Part shown: one piece after another, positions 48,053 through 58,793 of the stretch
Layout: every line of letters starts with the position of its first letter
Position numbering within the stretch: the stretch's first letter is position 1
Virus record (IMG/VR): IMGVR_UViG_3300007214_000006
Strand: one strand, 5' to 3'
Source of the DNA: a virus
Taxonomy: Duplodnaviria; Caudoviricetes
Length of the DNA: 64,000 bases
Notes under the pieces: generated by a model
Told to the model about the DNA's origin: nothing
Database searches by the model: none
What the model saw: the letters and a program-made list of their open reading frames with translations, nothing else
Program-made: the position numbers and the translations under genes

Positions 48053-50164
48053 TTAATATGGAGATATTAATGCATACACCGTATCTTTATTCGGAATAAA
48101 CGTAGGCGAAGGCTTAATAAATTCACCAGGTTTCCAAATTATATTGGTATACGGAAAATCTTTTACATGATTCAAAACATTATTGGAATTATTTTTAAAT
48201 AAAGCAAATTTAAAATATGATCTAATCCAGTCTCTAATATCATTAGTAGTTGGAGTATCAAAATTTACAATATTAATTAATGATCCATTAGCAATATTAG
48301 CAGTTGATCTAGCTATACCATCAATTACAGGAAATACTCTGCCATCAGGATGAGAATTTTTTATATAATATAAACTATGTTTAGGATAATATTTATAAAA
48401 TACATTAAATTGTGGATTATTTACTAAAGATTCTTCTGGATCATTTATCAATTTACTTACAGGATACCAAGATCTGCTAAATTCATCCCAGGCATAATTT
48501 GGCCATCCAAGATACATCATTTGTAATATTTCAGTTGGACATTCTATTTTATCTATATTTATAGTGGATCCCCTAGGGGAGATATCAGTAATATTTATCT
48601 GAGGCAATGTTTCAATTCTTATAGACGGAGCATAAGAACATTGCTGATTAGATCCACAGCAATATACTGGGGTTTGAGTTGGCAAAGGTGTTCTAGAAGG
48701 CACTGGGGTATTTATATCAGGACAATTTTGACTGCTGAAAGAAAGTCGTCCAGTATTAAACTCATAAGTATATGAACCTATACAATCTGTCTCTTCACAG
48801 GTATAATCCAATGTTGGCACAAGAGTTAATGGAAATCTATAGGATGTTAAAAGTGTTCCTCCTATATTATTAAATATATATGATTCATTCATATCCTCAA
48901 CCATTATTCCATCTTTATATGCATATACTGTCATATTCGTATATCCATTGCCCTTCTCTGCAAACCAATTTGCTCTAGCAACTAAGGTAATTTTGTTTAC
49001 ATTAAAATTTTCTTTTATTTTTTTTATGTCTATATATATTTCTTCATTTCCAAGAATTCCAGTATTATCTCCAGCCCAATATATAAATGGCGGATCATAA
49101 GCGCCGAAACTACGAGAAGGACAATATCCTAGTTTTTTACTAATATAAGGATATATTAAATAGGATATAGTATCTAAATCTTGTCCAGCATTTACGGGCA
49201 TAGTATATCTAAAAACTAAATAATCTGCTCCTATAATATTAGGAGGATCTCCAGATGCTGGGCGAGAAATACTTGGTGTTGGTGTTGGCGTTCGAGTTTG
49301 TGTTCTTGTGATGGTTGGTGTGATAGTTTGTGTTATTGTCGGAGTGGGGGTTCTTGTAATAGTGGCAGTTATTGAGGTGGTAGGAGTGGGTGTTGGAGAT
49401 GCTCCAATAGATCTAGATTGGGTTGGAGTCAATGTGTTTGTACTTGTTATTGTTGGAGTTTGTGTTATAGTTGGCGTAATACTTAACGTTGGTGTGACTG
49501 TTGGAGTATTTGAAGCAGTAATTGTTATGGTGGGTGTTGGCGTTATGGTCGGCGTTACAGTTGTTGTTGGTGTTCTAGTCGGATCAGAAGTAGGTCTAGG
49601 TGTTTTAGTAATAGTAGTGGTATTAGTTATTGTCGGAGTAATCGTTGGAGTGCGAGTAACAGTTGGAGTAGGAGAAGGAATTATACACTCATAAGCACAT
49701 AAATTTGCTAAAATATCACAAGTTTCTGTATTATGTGTAATATCTAACCTTAATCGTCTAGGAATCATAATAGGATTATATGAACCACTTATATTTTCAG
49801 TATCTTTTGGTCTGACAAACGGATTATTAACATTAAATGGCGTTGATCCACATTGTTCAGATACTGGCATATCTTTGGGAATAATATCACAAGGTAAATC
49901 CGGATCCGGAGGATCAGCGTCCTCACAGCAATAAAGTAGTCTAAATTCTAAGTATGCTGTATTTTCTAATAAATAAATAATAGTATCTGTCTCAAGAGCA
50001 TCTATATATGCAATAGCAATCCAGTCTGACAGACTGATATCATCAGAATCATAGAATTTAACTTGAGCAACTAAACATTGCTTAAGTTCAGATAATATAA
50101 TTTTTAAAGATAATAAGTTATCTTTTATAGAATGATTTAGGATATAAGGTATATTGCATAACAT
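48053..50164 (-). CDS. Modular protein: family-B domain, PT linker, inserted domain, family-C domain
   Basis: Collinear paralogue of 50358..51713 with about 190 extra aa (DLDT...YWAGDNTG..GNEEIYID). Confidence 0.75.
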   Translation of the reverse strand: MLCNIPYILNHSIKDNLLSLKIILSELKQCLVAQVKFYDSDDISLSDWIAIAYIDALETDTIIYLLENTAYLEFRLLYCCEDADPPDPDLPCDIIPKDMPVSEQCGSTPFNVNNPFVRPKDTENISGSYNPIMIPRRLRLDITHNTETCDILANLCAYECIIPSPTPTVTRTPTITPTITNTTTITKTPRPTSDPTRTPTTTVTPTITPTPTITITASNTPTVTPTLSITPTITQTPTITSTNTLTPTQSRSIGASPTPTPTTSITATITRTPTPTITQTITPTITRTQTRTPTPTPSISRPASGDPPNIIGADYLVFRYTMPVNAGQDLDTISYLIYPYISKKLGYCPSRSFGAYDPPFIYWAGDNTGILGNEEIYIDIKKIKENFNVNKITLVARANWFAEKGNGYTNMTVYAYKDGIMVEDMNESYIFNNIGGTLLTSYRFPLTLVPTLDYTCEETDCIGSYTYEFNTGRLSFSSQNCPDINTPVPSRTPLPTQTPVYCCGSNQQCSYAPSIRIETLPQINITDISPRGSTINIDKIECPTEILQMMYLGWPNYAWDEFSRSWYPVSKLINDPEESLVNNPQFNVFYKYYPKHSLYYIKNSHPDGRVFPVIDGIARSTANIANGSLINIVNFDTPTTNDIRDWIRSYFKFALFKNNSNNVLNHVKDFPYTNIIWKPGEFIKPSPTFIPNKDTVYALISPY

Positions 50165-50260
50165 ATTTATGGTAGTCTCCTAATATTTTATAACAACCAA
50201 TTATTATATGTATATTTACATATAATAGCAACACAATGATTTATATAAACACAAAAATTA

Positions 50261-50344
50261 TTATGGGATAATGGTTATTATTTGAGTTAATGAATAACAA
50301 CAATTGTCATCTGGATCACTCTGAATTTTTATATTATTTTGCAT
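50261..50344 (-). CDS. Micro-ORF (27 aa) carrying a CCYSL C-terminal motif
   Basis: MQNNIKIQSDPDDNCCYSLTQIITIIP; the tail matches CCYSLGLIIDLIP at the end of 45578..47278. Confidence 0.45.
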   Translation of the reverse strand: MQNNIKIQSDPDDNCCYSLTQIITIIP

Positions 50345-50357
50345 ATTTAAAACCTTA

Positions 50358-51713
50358 TTAACATGGTACTAATACAACATAAACAGTATCGTCTCTGGGA
50401 GTAAACATCCAATTAGGCATCATTGCGTCTCCAGGAAACCAGTGTATATCAGTATATTCCCAGTAGCCGATATATTTTAGATTATTTGCTGTTCGTGGTA
50501 GACTTGTGTCTCGAATATCTAATTTATGAAATCTAAAGGATTTTTCTACCCATGCTCTTACGTCATCAGAGGTGCTATCATTAAAATTCTTTATTTTTAT
50601 TAAAGAATATTCAGGTAAGTCTAGAGTCAAATAACTAATGCCATCTATACTTGGGGTATCTGTGATTCCATAACTATTATGTGTATATAATTCAAATCTT
50701 TTAAAGCCAGCTGTGCCTGGATTGTCATCTTTACCAAAGTGTGGCACATCATAAGGAGAAAGACCATAAAAGTTCAGAAGTTTATAATTGCAAATCTCCT
50801 CAACATCTATAGGAACGCCTGTTTTTGCAGTTGAAAAATTTTTAGCTGGTAATGATGATATATGCACAAATGGAGCAAATCCGCAACCGACATACCTAGC
50901 AAAATTATTACAGCACTGATAATCGCTAGGGACCTTTCTTTTTGGTGTTTTTGTTGGGGTCGGAGTTGCTGTGCGAGTTAGAGTTGGAGTTACGGTTCTT
51001 GTGGGAGTTAGAGTTGGAGTAACACTAATTGTAGGAGTAACGGAAGCTGTAGGTGTAGGAGAAGCCCCTGGTGATTTTGTTACTGTTGGTGTTGGAGTCG
51101 ATGTTGATGTGACTGTTAATGATGGTGTTACTGTTGGAGTAACGCTAATAGTAGGTGTTAGGGTTGGCGTTGGAGTATTTGTTTGCGTAGGTGTTGGGGT
51201 TGGTGATGGAACAATACATCTAATGCTACACAAATGAACAGATAGATCGCATGTGTTTAAATTATGGTCAATAGTTAGTTTTATATTTCTGGGAATCATT
51301 ATAGGATTAAATGGATTATTTAATCTATCAGTATCTTTGGGTCTTACGTATCCGTCTGTAATACTGAATGGAGTTGATCCACAAGCATTTAAGATAGCAT
51401 CCGGGCCATCTGCTTTAATCGTATCGCACGGAACATCGTCTAGTGGTGGATCAGGATCTGAAACTGAACAACATGAATAAAGTCTAAATTCTATTTTTGA
51501 TGTTTGATTATCCAAAAGTAATTGTATTTCTGTTTCTAAGCCGAATATATATGCAACATCCACCCATTCTGTAATAGGATTATTAGATAAATCATAAAAT
51601 TTAGCCTGTAAAGCTAAACACTTTAATAAGTTAGAAATAGTTAATTTTAAAAATAACGTATTGTCTTCAATACGATGATCTAAAATATATGATATTGAAC
51701 ATTGTGTAGCCAT
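50358..51713 (-). CDS. Modular protein: family-B domain, PT linker, family-C domain
   Basis: Shares CGSTPF...VRPKDT...NPIMIPR and IDGI...D(I/V)R.W...DTVY with 48053..50164. Confidence 0.75.
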   Translation of the reverse strand: MATQCSISYILDHRIEDNTLFLKLTISNLLKCLALQAKFYDLSNNPITEWVDVAYIFGLETEIQLLLDNQTSKIEFRLYSCCSVSDPDPPLDDVPCDTIKADGPDAILNACGSTPFSITDGYVRPKDTDRLNNPFNPIMIPRNIKLTIDHNLNTCDLSVHLCSIRCIVPSPTPTPTQTNTPTPTLTPTISVTPTVTPSLTVTSTSTPTPTVTKSPGASPTPTASVTPTISVTPTLTPTRTVTPTLTRTATPTPTKTPKRKVPSDYQCCNNFARYVGCGFAPFVHISSLPAKNFSTAKTGVPIDVEEICNYKLLNFYGLSPYDVPHFGKDDNPGTAGFKRFELYTHNSYGITDTPSIDGISYLTLDLPEYSLIKIKNFNDSTSDDVRAWVEKSFRFHKLDIRDTSLPRTANNLKYIGYWEYTDIHWFPGDAMMPNWMFTPRDDTVYVVLVPC

Positions 51714-51730
51714 TTATATTTTTGGTTTAT

Positions 51731-52498
51731 TTATGCAACATACGAGAAATTATTACAACAATTTACTATCCTAATAAACTCTGTACTAGACATTTCTCCA
51801 TTAATGATAATATTTTCCCAGAATGTCCAATCATTATAAACATGTCTCCATCTAATAGGAACGCGGTATCTTATATGTATATAGGAATTATTTTTAATTT
51901 GTGTGCTCGGATATAAGAATATATCAAAATAGTCTTCATTAATATGGTATGTAAATGTTCCAAGAACAACTTGAGGATTAGTGCTACTTATTAGCTGTGG
52001 TCCTTGTGTTACTGACCAGTTAAGAATATATTCTCCGGTGTAATCAATTGGAATACATTCTATACAATCATCAGCAATTGATGGTTTAACAATATCCAAA
52101 GGATTCTGCATAGGAAATGATGTGCTTTGATTAATAGTACTACTTGTCCAAGATGTGCTACCATGAGTAAATACGCTAGACACCCTTTGGTAGCAAAGAG
52201 GATAAGTTACAACATTTGGATATCCTCGGTTAAACTTAGCTGTAAATATATTAAATTTAGATTCTCTTATAGCTCTTGGGCTTTCGTTAATAATTATTTT
52301 TTCTGCATCGTTATCTAACTTACCAGATTTATCATCAAATGAAAGAGTACCAGAATCTTTAATAATATTATGACTATACTTAATATTATTTTTATTAAGT
52401 TGGTGCTCTTGTTTTTTTACTGATTGGAATTTATTAAAGCTGGGTCCTGCCTGAGTATTTTGAGGATTATCTATAATACTATTATGAAATATAAACAT
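51731..52498 (-). CDS. Divergent family-A protein
   Basis: DNDAEKIIINESPRAIRESKFNIFTAKF.RGYP...LCYQRV aligns with NNDARSVTIDWTPQSIRNFSYNIFTNKF.ENYP...LCNQKI. Confidence 0.7.
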   Translation of the reverse strand: MFIFHNSIIDNPQNTQAGPSFNKFQSVKKQEHQLNKNNIKYSHNIIKDSGTLSFDDKSGKLDNDAEKIIINESPRAIRESKFNIFTAKFNRGYPNVVTYPLCYQRVSSVFTHGSTSWTSSTINQSTSFPMQNPLDIVKPSIADDCIECIPIDYTGEYILNWSVTQGPQLISSTNPQVVLGTFTYHINEDYFDIFLYPSTQIKNNSYIHIRYRVPIRWRHVYNDWTFWENIIINGEMSSTEFIRIVNCCNNFSYVA

Positions 52499-52507
52499 TG
52501 TACTGGC

Positions 52508-53863
52508 CTAACCGCAGGATTTACAAAAATTATCACATAAAGATTGAGGATTGATTAATCCAGGAGTAGAGCCGTTATCTGTTATTATGTTTCCACTTTC
52601 TCGTGCTCCAGGAGATACTTCTACATATCCAAAGTCTCTTAACAAACCAATGGATAAATCTGTTATAATTGGATTATTGTCTCTGATATAAGTTTTAACC
52701 ATCATTTCATTAACTATACCATTAGCATCAGGTCTATCTAAATAATAAACAAACGCAGCATTCGGGGTTACAGCATCAAAACAGGTTTGAACCGATGATC
52801 TTGGTCTATAATTATTTTCCCAATGTTTAAGAGCGCTACCAGCAGAACCAGTAGACTCAACTGGAACAAAATGCCTAGTACCTACTGGTCTATTATTTGC
52901 TATTCTATTATACGCAGTAGCAGCAAAAGGATATTCTGATGGTATTAATCTAGGAAAATCACCCAAATTAAATATTGGTGTTCCTGCGCATCTACCATCC
53001 GTACTTGTAAAACTGATTCTAACATCCGGCAAAGTTAATCCTCCTATGCCCAAAGCATGCCCAAGCTCATGAGTTAGTATGTTTACCCAATCATTATAAG
53101 TATAATTGCTTGGTGCTAGTCCAATAAATTTAGAGGAATTAAGTTCTAGTGAAAATTTTGTAGAAAATTTAGGTGGTTTTCTGGTTGTTTGTACACCTGG
53201 CGCCCAGGAATAGTATATAATCGCATCTTGATGAACAAGTGTTTGAGCTATCCACGTTGCTGCTGGATCACTGGTTGTTGAAAAATTAACTAATCTTACT
53301 CCTTCGTATGCTGGATATTCCTCAATCAAAAAATCTGGAATTCTAACAAGATTATTCCATCTATTAGCAGCAGCAATTAAAGCATTTTTATAAGTTACAA
53401 AATTACTTGGTATATTGTTAAAAGAATTAATATTAAATATATGTTGTCTATTCGTTACGATTATAGTAGCATTATTAGATGTTAAAGTAGTAACAGAAAT
53501 ATCTTTAGTTGATCCTTTATATCTTATTCTATATGTAATAATACATCTAAATAATCTACCATTTCTAGCAGCAGTAGCGGGCAACGACAAACTATCAGAA
53601 AAAACAGAATTAGGCGACGATGAACCCCATGTGCTAGGTATAGCTGTATTTTTTGTTACAGTTCTGTTTGAGGATATCCACCCAGGAGTTCCGGCTATTC
53701 TGTATTGCCAATCATATGTTATTCTAAAATCATAGTATAATGCTGGTCCTGGTGCTGGAAATGGATCGCTTGGAGGTATTTGATTAACACCAACTGTTAA
53801 TGTGAAAGTTGATCCAAGCTTAACAGATAATGATGGCGGTTGAGCTATAATTGTTGGTGGCAT
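52508..53863 (-). CDS. Ig-like domain plus leishmanolysin (M8)-like zinc metalloprotease
   Basis: Ig-like PPTIIAQPPSLSVKLGSTFTLTV...WQY...FRCII; HELGH (53057-53071), GSAGSALKHWE and NEMM Met-turn. Confidence 0.75.
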   Translation of the reverse strand: MPPTIIAQPPSLSVKLGSTFTLTVGVNQIPPSDPFPAPGPALYYDFRITYDWQYRIAGTPGWISSNRTVTKNTAIPSTWGSSSPNSVFSDSLSLPATAARNGRLFRCIITYRIRYKGSTKDISVTTLTSNNATIIVTNRQHIFNINSFNNIPSNFVTYKNALIAAANRWNNLVRIPDFLIEEYPAYEGVRLVNFSTTSDPAATWIAQTLVHQDAIIYYSWAPGVQTTRKPPKFSTKFSLELNSSKFIGLAPSNYTYNDWVNILTHELGHALGIGGLTLPDVRISFTSTDGRCAGTPIFNLGDFPRLIPSEYPFAATAYNRIANNRPVGTRHFVPVESTGSAGSALKHWENNYRPRSSVQTCFDAVTPNAAFVYYLDRPDANGIVNEMMVKTYIRDNNPIITDLSIGLLRDFGYVEVSPGARESGNIITDNGSTPGLINPQSLCDNFCKSCG

Positions 53864-53874
53864 AAATTAAACCT

Positions 53875-54165
53875 TTATGGTACGAAGTTAATTATTGCAG
53901 AAATTGGGCCATACGGGTTATAAGGATTTGTTGGAGTAGGATCTGGCGTGGACGGTGGGCATTGAAAAATAGGACCGTTAAGAGATAATGCAAAATTTGC
54001 AGCATCTTGCGACGGAACTCTCTGATTATTTTTTATTTCGTTGGTTATTCTATTAAGACCACCTCTGTTAGCTTCAGAAATTTTTGATGAATTCGGTGGA
54101 CTATGAAATGTTTCTGAAGAATGAACAGATTGATTATGGAAATATGTAGGTTTATAAGGTTTCAT
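53875..54165 (-). CDS. Small Pro-rich protein (likely start 54165, MKPYKPTY; 96 aa)
   Basis: An ATGA overlap with the upstream stop favours 54165 over the track start at 54222. Confidence 0.55.
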   Translation of the reverse strand: MKPYKPTYFHNQSVHSSETFHSPPNSSKISEANRGGLNRITNEIKNNQRVPSQDAANFALSLNGPIFQCPPSTPDPTPTNPYNPYGPISAIINFVP

Positions 54166-54563
54166 GGTCTGGATAGTCCTGGTACGGGAGTAACGGATGG
54201 ATTTGAACTTACTGATGGACATAGAACGCCAAGTGTTACTGTTATTGGCCCTTTTGTTGTATCAATAACTTTTCTGCCTTCACTTCCTGGTTTTAATATA
54301 TTATTTATTGCTTTTTTATAAACTTCTGCTGCTTTATCGGCAGGAATACCATTCGGATATTGTCTCTCTAAATTTTTCATCATTTTATCAAGAGCTGTGC
54401 TTTCGTATATTACCTTATCTCCTTGAATTACTCTGATAACTCTATCTTTATCCTTACCTCCTGTTGGAGGATCAGGACAATTCTTATAGTCATTTTCATT
54501 TTTTCCAACAGAATCTTCTAATTTATCATTTGGAATATCGTTGCAATCATTTGGAATAGGCAT
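54162..54563 (-). CDS. Hypothetical protein (133 aa)
   Basis: ORF track; GGAG RBS. Confidence 0.65.
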   Translation of the reverse strand: MPIPNDCNDIPNDKLEDSVGKNENDYKNCPDPPTGGKDKDRVIRVIQGDKVIYESTALDKMMKNLERQYPNGIPADKAAEVYKKAINNILKPGSEGRKVIDTTKGPITVTLGVLCPSVSSNPSVTPVPGLSRP

Positions 54564-54566
54564 ACC

Positions 54567-54905
54567 TTAACTCTCCTTAACAAAAGTTTTTTGATATAAT
54601 TTATATACTATGCCATCATCAAAATGATCAACGCCAAATTCTCTGTTAAGCGCTCTAGTAAAATCTACTCCAAATTCTAATTCATATGGATAAGAAAAAT
54701 TACTTAGATATTTGTCTTGCTCTGTGAGTTGATTTAGAACATTTTTATCTATATCATTTCTATCATAATAAATTCTATTATTATTACAATAATATGTGTT
54801 AGTGGGAGGAAATTCTGTGGAACTTAAATCCCAAACATCGAATGGATCTAATAATGGTGGAGATGGCACAACAGCTGGGTCTGGCTTTGGTACATGTATT
54901 GGCAT
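54567..54905 (-). CDS. Hypothetical protein (112 aa)
   Basis: ORF track; AGTGTA late motif at 54942-54947. Confidence 0.65.
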   Translation of the reverse strand: MPIHVPKPDPAVVPSPPLLDPFDVWDLSSTEFPPTNTYYCNNNRIYYDRNDIDKNVLNQLTEQDKYLSNFSYPYELEFGVDFTRALNREFGVDHFDDGIVYKLYQKTFVKES

Positions 54906-54988
54906 ATAATTTTTCCTATAAAAGTAATATCACTATAATTATACACTACTTTTAAAAATTTATAATAGAATTAAGTATTGATAACTTT

Positions 54989-55324
54989 TTAATTATTTAT
55001 TGTTTTCCATGGATTAGCTAGCCATAGGCTATATTGATGAGGAAACAAATTTGCTAACTTAGCCTCTGGAATAGTATCATTATCTAAAGTTGATGATTTT
55101 TTATTAGATGATACTATTTTACTTTTATTTAAGATTCTATCATTACTAAAAGATAAGTTTGAATAATTATCTTTTAAAGAAACATTATCTATTTTTGGTA
55201 AAGTAATCTCAAAATTATAGCCATATTTATTATTCACACTTATTTTATCGTTATAATTATTCCAAGACAATATTGGAGCATCATAACCAGTATCAATTTT
55301 ATTTTTAATATCATAGATGGGCAT
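54989..55324 (-). CDS. Small family-D protein
   Basis: Shares IY.IK...Y and ITLP...F(S/A)NDRIL with 61044..61355. Confidence 0.65.
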   Translation of the reverse strand: MPIYDIKNKIDTGYDAPILSWNNYNDKISVNNKYGYNFEITLPKIDNVSLKDNYSNLSFSNDRILNKSKIVSSNKKSSTLDNDTIPEAKLANLFPHQYSLWLANPWKTINN

Positions 55325-55407
55325 AAAATATATCCTTTTATTAGGTTATTAAATTAATTACAACGGTTTACATAATCTCTGAAATCCCGTCTCATATCGA
55401 AAAAGCG

Positions 55408-58400
55408 TTATTCTAGACTATCACAAAACGCGCAATACGCAACACAATCTCCATCACAACAGCGTCTTTGTTCAGCATAATCAAAAAATAGAAATTCAGC
55501 CATTCGTGTGTCTGGATTAATTCTATAGTATACGCATTTACCTGTTTGTACATCAATACCAGGACCATCCCATTGAAAAGGACCAGTCAAGTTAGGATCA
55601 TAAGCCGGTGCCGCGGGACAGCAAATTGGAAAATGATTCGTACAAGGTTCATCTCCGTTAAGAGGTGGATCTCTTAGAAGTACAGTGCCCATGCTTATGG
55701 GAAATCCTTCTGGACATACTGGACAAATATCTGGCGGGGGGTTATGACATGGCTCACAAGGGTGACAACAATCACAACTTGGCCAACCAACTGGCATGGT
55801 TTGTAAAGAACCATCATCTCTATAACCTCTTCTCCAATATCTATGATCTGTTTGTTTTGTGTCTCCGCAAGATTCTTCATAGGTACCATTCCATTCACAA
55901 AAACTAAAACCAGGAGCACACTGTTTGAGTTGTGATATTGCTGGTTGGTCGGATAGTTCTTTTAATCTGGATTGTAACAATCCTATAGTCGCAGAGATTC
56001 CAACTATCATAGCCTCAATACCAGCCATTTTCATTACATAGGCTGCTATTTTAGAGGCTAACTTAGCTAGCTCTCCCGTTAAACGTTTTACCGCCATGTC
56101 CATTTGTTTTTCAAATTTCCAAGCTCTCATTACTGCCCGTACAAGGGGTTCTATACCAGGAGCTTTTCTCCAGCCAGTTGGAAAATGAAAAATTGGGCGA
56201 CCATTTTCACCGGTTTCAATAAATGATCCTTCAAAAATATCTCTATCTAGATAATTATTAACAAATTTTGTAAGATTATTTAGAGTATCTGCATATTCTC
56301 GTTTTGCTTGAGCCCAGGATGTTTGTGCCGAAAGTAGATCAGCTTCTTTGGCGGTGCGTTGACCAATTAAGCTTGCATACCCAGCTTTAAGGCCGCCAAG
56401 TATTTTATGCAACGCTGCTAATGTTCCTAATAATGCTGCTAATGTTCCTAATATATATAATAATTCTCCTTTATCTATATAGGTTTCATAACATCCGCAT
56501 TCGTCTGTAAAAGCGTCATTAAGATTAAACCCGCCTCTGGTATAAAAGGGATTTTCACAAGGAAGAAAGACTGGATCAGGAACAAAAGATATTGGTAGCA
56601 TTGCTAGTATTGCATCAACAGATTCTAGTGGCAATAAATTATCTTGTACATCTTGAACAGTTAAAGTCTGCTCTGACGATACTGCAGCCGAAGCTATAGC
56701 AGATGATACCGCAGATGCTACACTACTAAGACTACCTTTATCTCCTTTAGCATTAACAAAATAACCTCTATATGAGCCAGCAGAAATTTGAACATCAAAT
56801 TGTGTTCCTTGGTAATTACCGTATTGAACCATGCTACCAAAACCGGATGGAGCAAATCTAAATACACTAGTCTTAACACTGGTTTGTGTTGATAGATCTA
56901 TAAGATCTCCTTGAGATCCAGCATCTATCAATGGCTGATTTAAAAATCCGTCCTCTGGATCATAATATGTGATAGTTGATGATGTATCAGAGCATATTAG
57001 TTTGCCACTAGATATAACATATGGTACAGATACAATGGATCCATCGCTAGATAGTGTTAATAGTTCTGATCCTGGAGTATATGAGGTTGGAACAGAAATA
57101 CTGAAACTAGATGGTTTAGCAGTAGTTCCTATGGTAGAAAAAGTAAAAGAATTATCATCACTAGAAATGTATAGTGTGCCGGTATTGGATATTGAACCAA
57201 AAGTTATTGTTGTGTCAGAGTCATAAGAAACACTAACATTGGTGCCGGTTGGTATTGTTGTTGGGATATCTGTGTCTATATTCTGAGAAAGATAAATACA
57301 TGAAGTATCTTTATAGAAATTTCTAGCAGCACCAGTATTAAAGTCTGCTAACCATTGATCATAGTTTCCAAATTTGCATTTTTGAGCATAAAATACAGAT
57401 CCGCTCGGATTAGCGATAGTTTTTCCATAAAGCCAAGATCCACTAGCAGGACAATTGCCTGTGGTATATGTATAAGATAATTCTCTATCAGTAGTATATT
57501 CTTGACATGTTTCTTCTGTTCCAGCAATAACTGTTCCATCTTCTACAAAACAGCAACCACTACCCAACCATATTGGATAGCTAAATTCACCAACTCCGTT
57601 ATTTGAAACACTCGCTACGGTAACATATTGATTGTCTAAAGGTCCATCAAATTCAAACTGATTAATTAATAAACCCGGAACATCATTTTCTGCTGGTATA
57701 GGTCCTATTCTGGATGGTTTGGTATTTACGCCATTAAAACGAAAAATATAACCAATATCAGCATCTTCGCCTGGTCGTTTTGGTGTTGGTAAAACTGTTA
57801 ATATTGTTCTAACCGGTACAGTATCTGATACTTCATAACTCATTATAGAGGGCGGTGCTGGAATATTTGGTTCCGAAGCATATATTAGGATATTTTCGTC
57901 CGTACCAAAAATAATTGTAGAATTTATTTCTACAGGTATTTCCTCTGCTGGTTTAACCACTCTGGATGATAATGTTCCATACCCATCAATTATTAATACT
58001 TTATTATAATTAAATTCTGGAACTGTGATATATGATCCTGATAAATCACTTGCAGATGAGAACATTACCATTTTCGAGGAGGTAGTAAAGTATCTTGTTA
58101 GAGGCACAGTAATAGAACTATTAGTGAGTGGTAAATATACATTTATTTTAGTGCCATATATCTGCGTTGCCCTCGATCTAATAACAGTATCAAAAACAAA
58201 TAAATCCTCTTGGTTCTCTATTTCATTGTTTATAATACTAGTATCAATAGGTCTAATAAAATTTATATCTGGTCTGAGTCCTTCTGTAACTAGTCCAGAA
58301 ATTTTTGGTTTAAAATTATTATACCATTGAATAATAGGATGATTAGAATCAGATGTTGAACAATCGTTATTGTATAGATAAGTTAATAACTTTTGCTCAT

Positions 58401-58704
58401 CTGGTCTTAAGTAATAAATATTTGTAGGATCATTTTCGTCATAAATAAGAGTAGATCCATCATTTTCGCTTCCGGATAGGTTCTGATCACAAGGTATAAT
58501 ATCTTTGATACGATATTGGTTTTGTGCCCACCAAGGATCACTAGGAGATTTATTTACAATCTCTGGCGTTACCGGTAATTCTAAATTAGTATTGTTTCCA
58601 TTGCACTCAAGAGTATATACTGGTGATTTGTATAATACCAAAAAACAATCATTATCTTGAGATGCTGGTAGTTTATTGTTAAAATTAGTAAAAAAAGTTG
58701 CCAT
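55408..58704 (-). CDS. Large Cys-rich multidomain protein (FN3-like region, hydrophobic coiled-coil region, Cys-rich C-terminus)
   Basis: QYVTVASVSNNGVGEFS (FN3-like), GCCF motif, LLYILGTLAALLGTLAALHKILGG, many CxxC; GGTGTA motif at 58742-58747. Confidence 0.7.
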   Translation of the reverse strand: MATFFTNFNNKLPASQDNDCFLVLYKSPVYTLECNGNNTNLELPVTPEIVNKSPSDPWWAQNQYRIKDIIPCDQNLSGSENDGSTLIYDENDPTNIYYLRPDEQKLLTYLYNNDCSTSDSNHPIIQWYNNFKPKISGLVTEGLRPDINFIRPIDTSIINNEIENQEDLFVFDTVIRSRATQIYGTKINVYLPLTNSSITVPLTRYFTTSSKMVMFSSASDLSGSYITVPEFNYNKVLIIDGYGTLSSRVVKPAEEIPVEINSTIIFGTDENILIYASEPNIPAPPSIMSYEVSDTVPVRTILTVLPTPKRPGEDADIGYIFRFNGVNTKPSRIGPIPAENDVPGLLINQFEFDGPLDNQYVTVASVSNNGVGEFSYPIWLGSGCCFVEDGTVIAGTEETCQEYTTDRELSYTYTTGNCPASGSWLYGKTIANPSGSVFYAQKCKFGNYDQWLADFNTGAARNFYKDTSCIYLSQNIDTDIPTTIPTGTNVSVSYDSDTTITFGSISNTGTLYISSDDNSFTFSTIGTTAKPSSFSISVPTSYTPGSELLTLSSDGSIVSVPYVISSGKLICSDTSSTITYYDPEDGFLNQPLIDAGSQGDLIDLSTQTSVKTSVFRFAPSGFGSMVQYGNYQGTQFDVQISAGSYRGYFVNAKGDKGSLSSVASAVSSAIASAAVSSEQTLTVQDVQDNLLPLESVDAILAMLPISFVPDPVFLPCENPFYTRGGFNLNDAFTDECGCYETYIDKGELLYILGTLAALLGTLAALHKILGGLKAGYASLIGQRTAKEADLLSAQTSWAQAKREYADTLNNLTKFVNNYLDRDIFEGSFIETGENGRPIFHFPTGWRKAPGIEPLVRAVMRAWKFEKQMDMAVKRLTGELAKLASKIAAYVMKMAGIEAMIVGISATIGLLQSRLKELSDQPAISQLKQCAPGFSFCEWNGTYEESCGDTKQTDHRYWRRGYRDDGSLQTMPVGWPSCDCCHPCEPCHNPPPDICPVCPEGFPISMGTVLLRDPPLNGDEPCTNHFPICCPAAPAYDPNLTGPFQWDGPGIDVQTGKCVYYRINPDTRMAEFLFFDYAEQRRCCDGDCVAYCAFCDSLE

Positions 58705-58793
58705 CTGTAATCTCCTAAAAATTTATATATTTATATTGAAATACACCAACACTCATATGGTTAAAATTATATAAAATGATCAAAATTTATATT

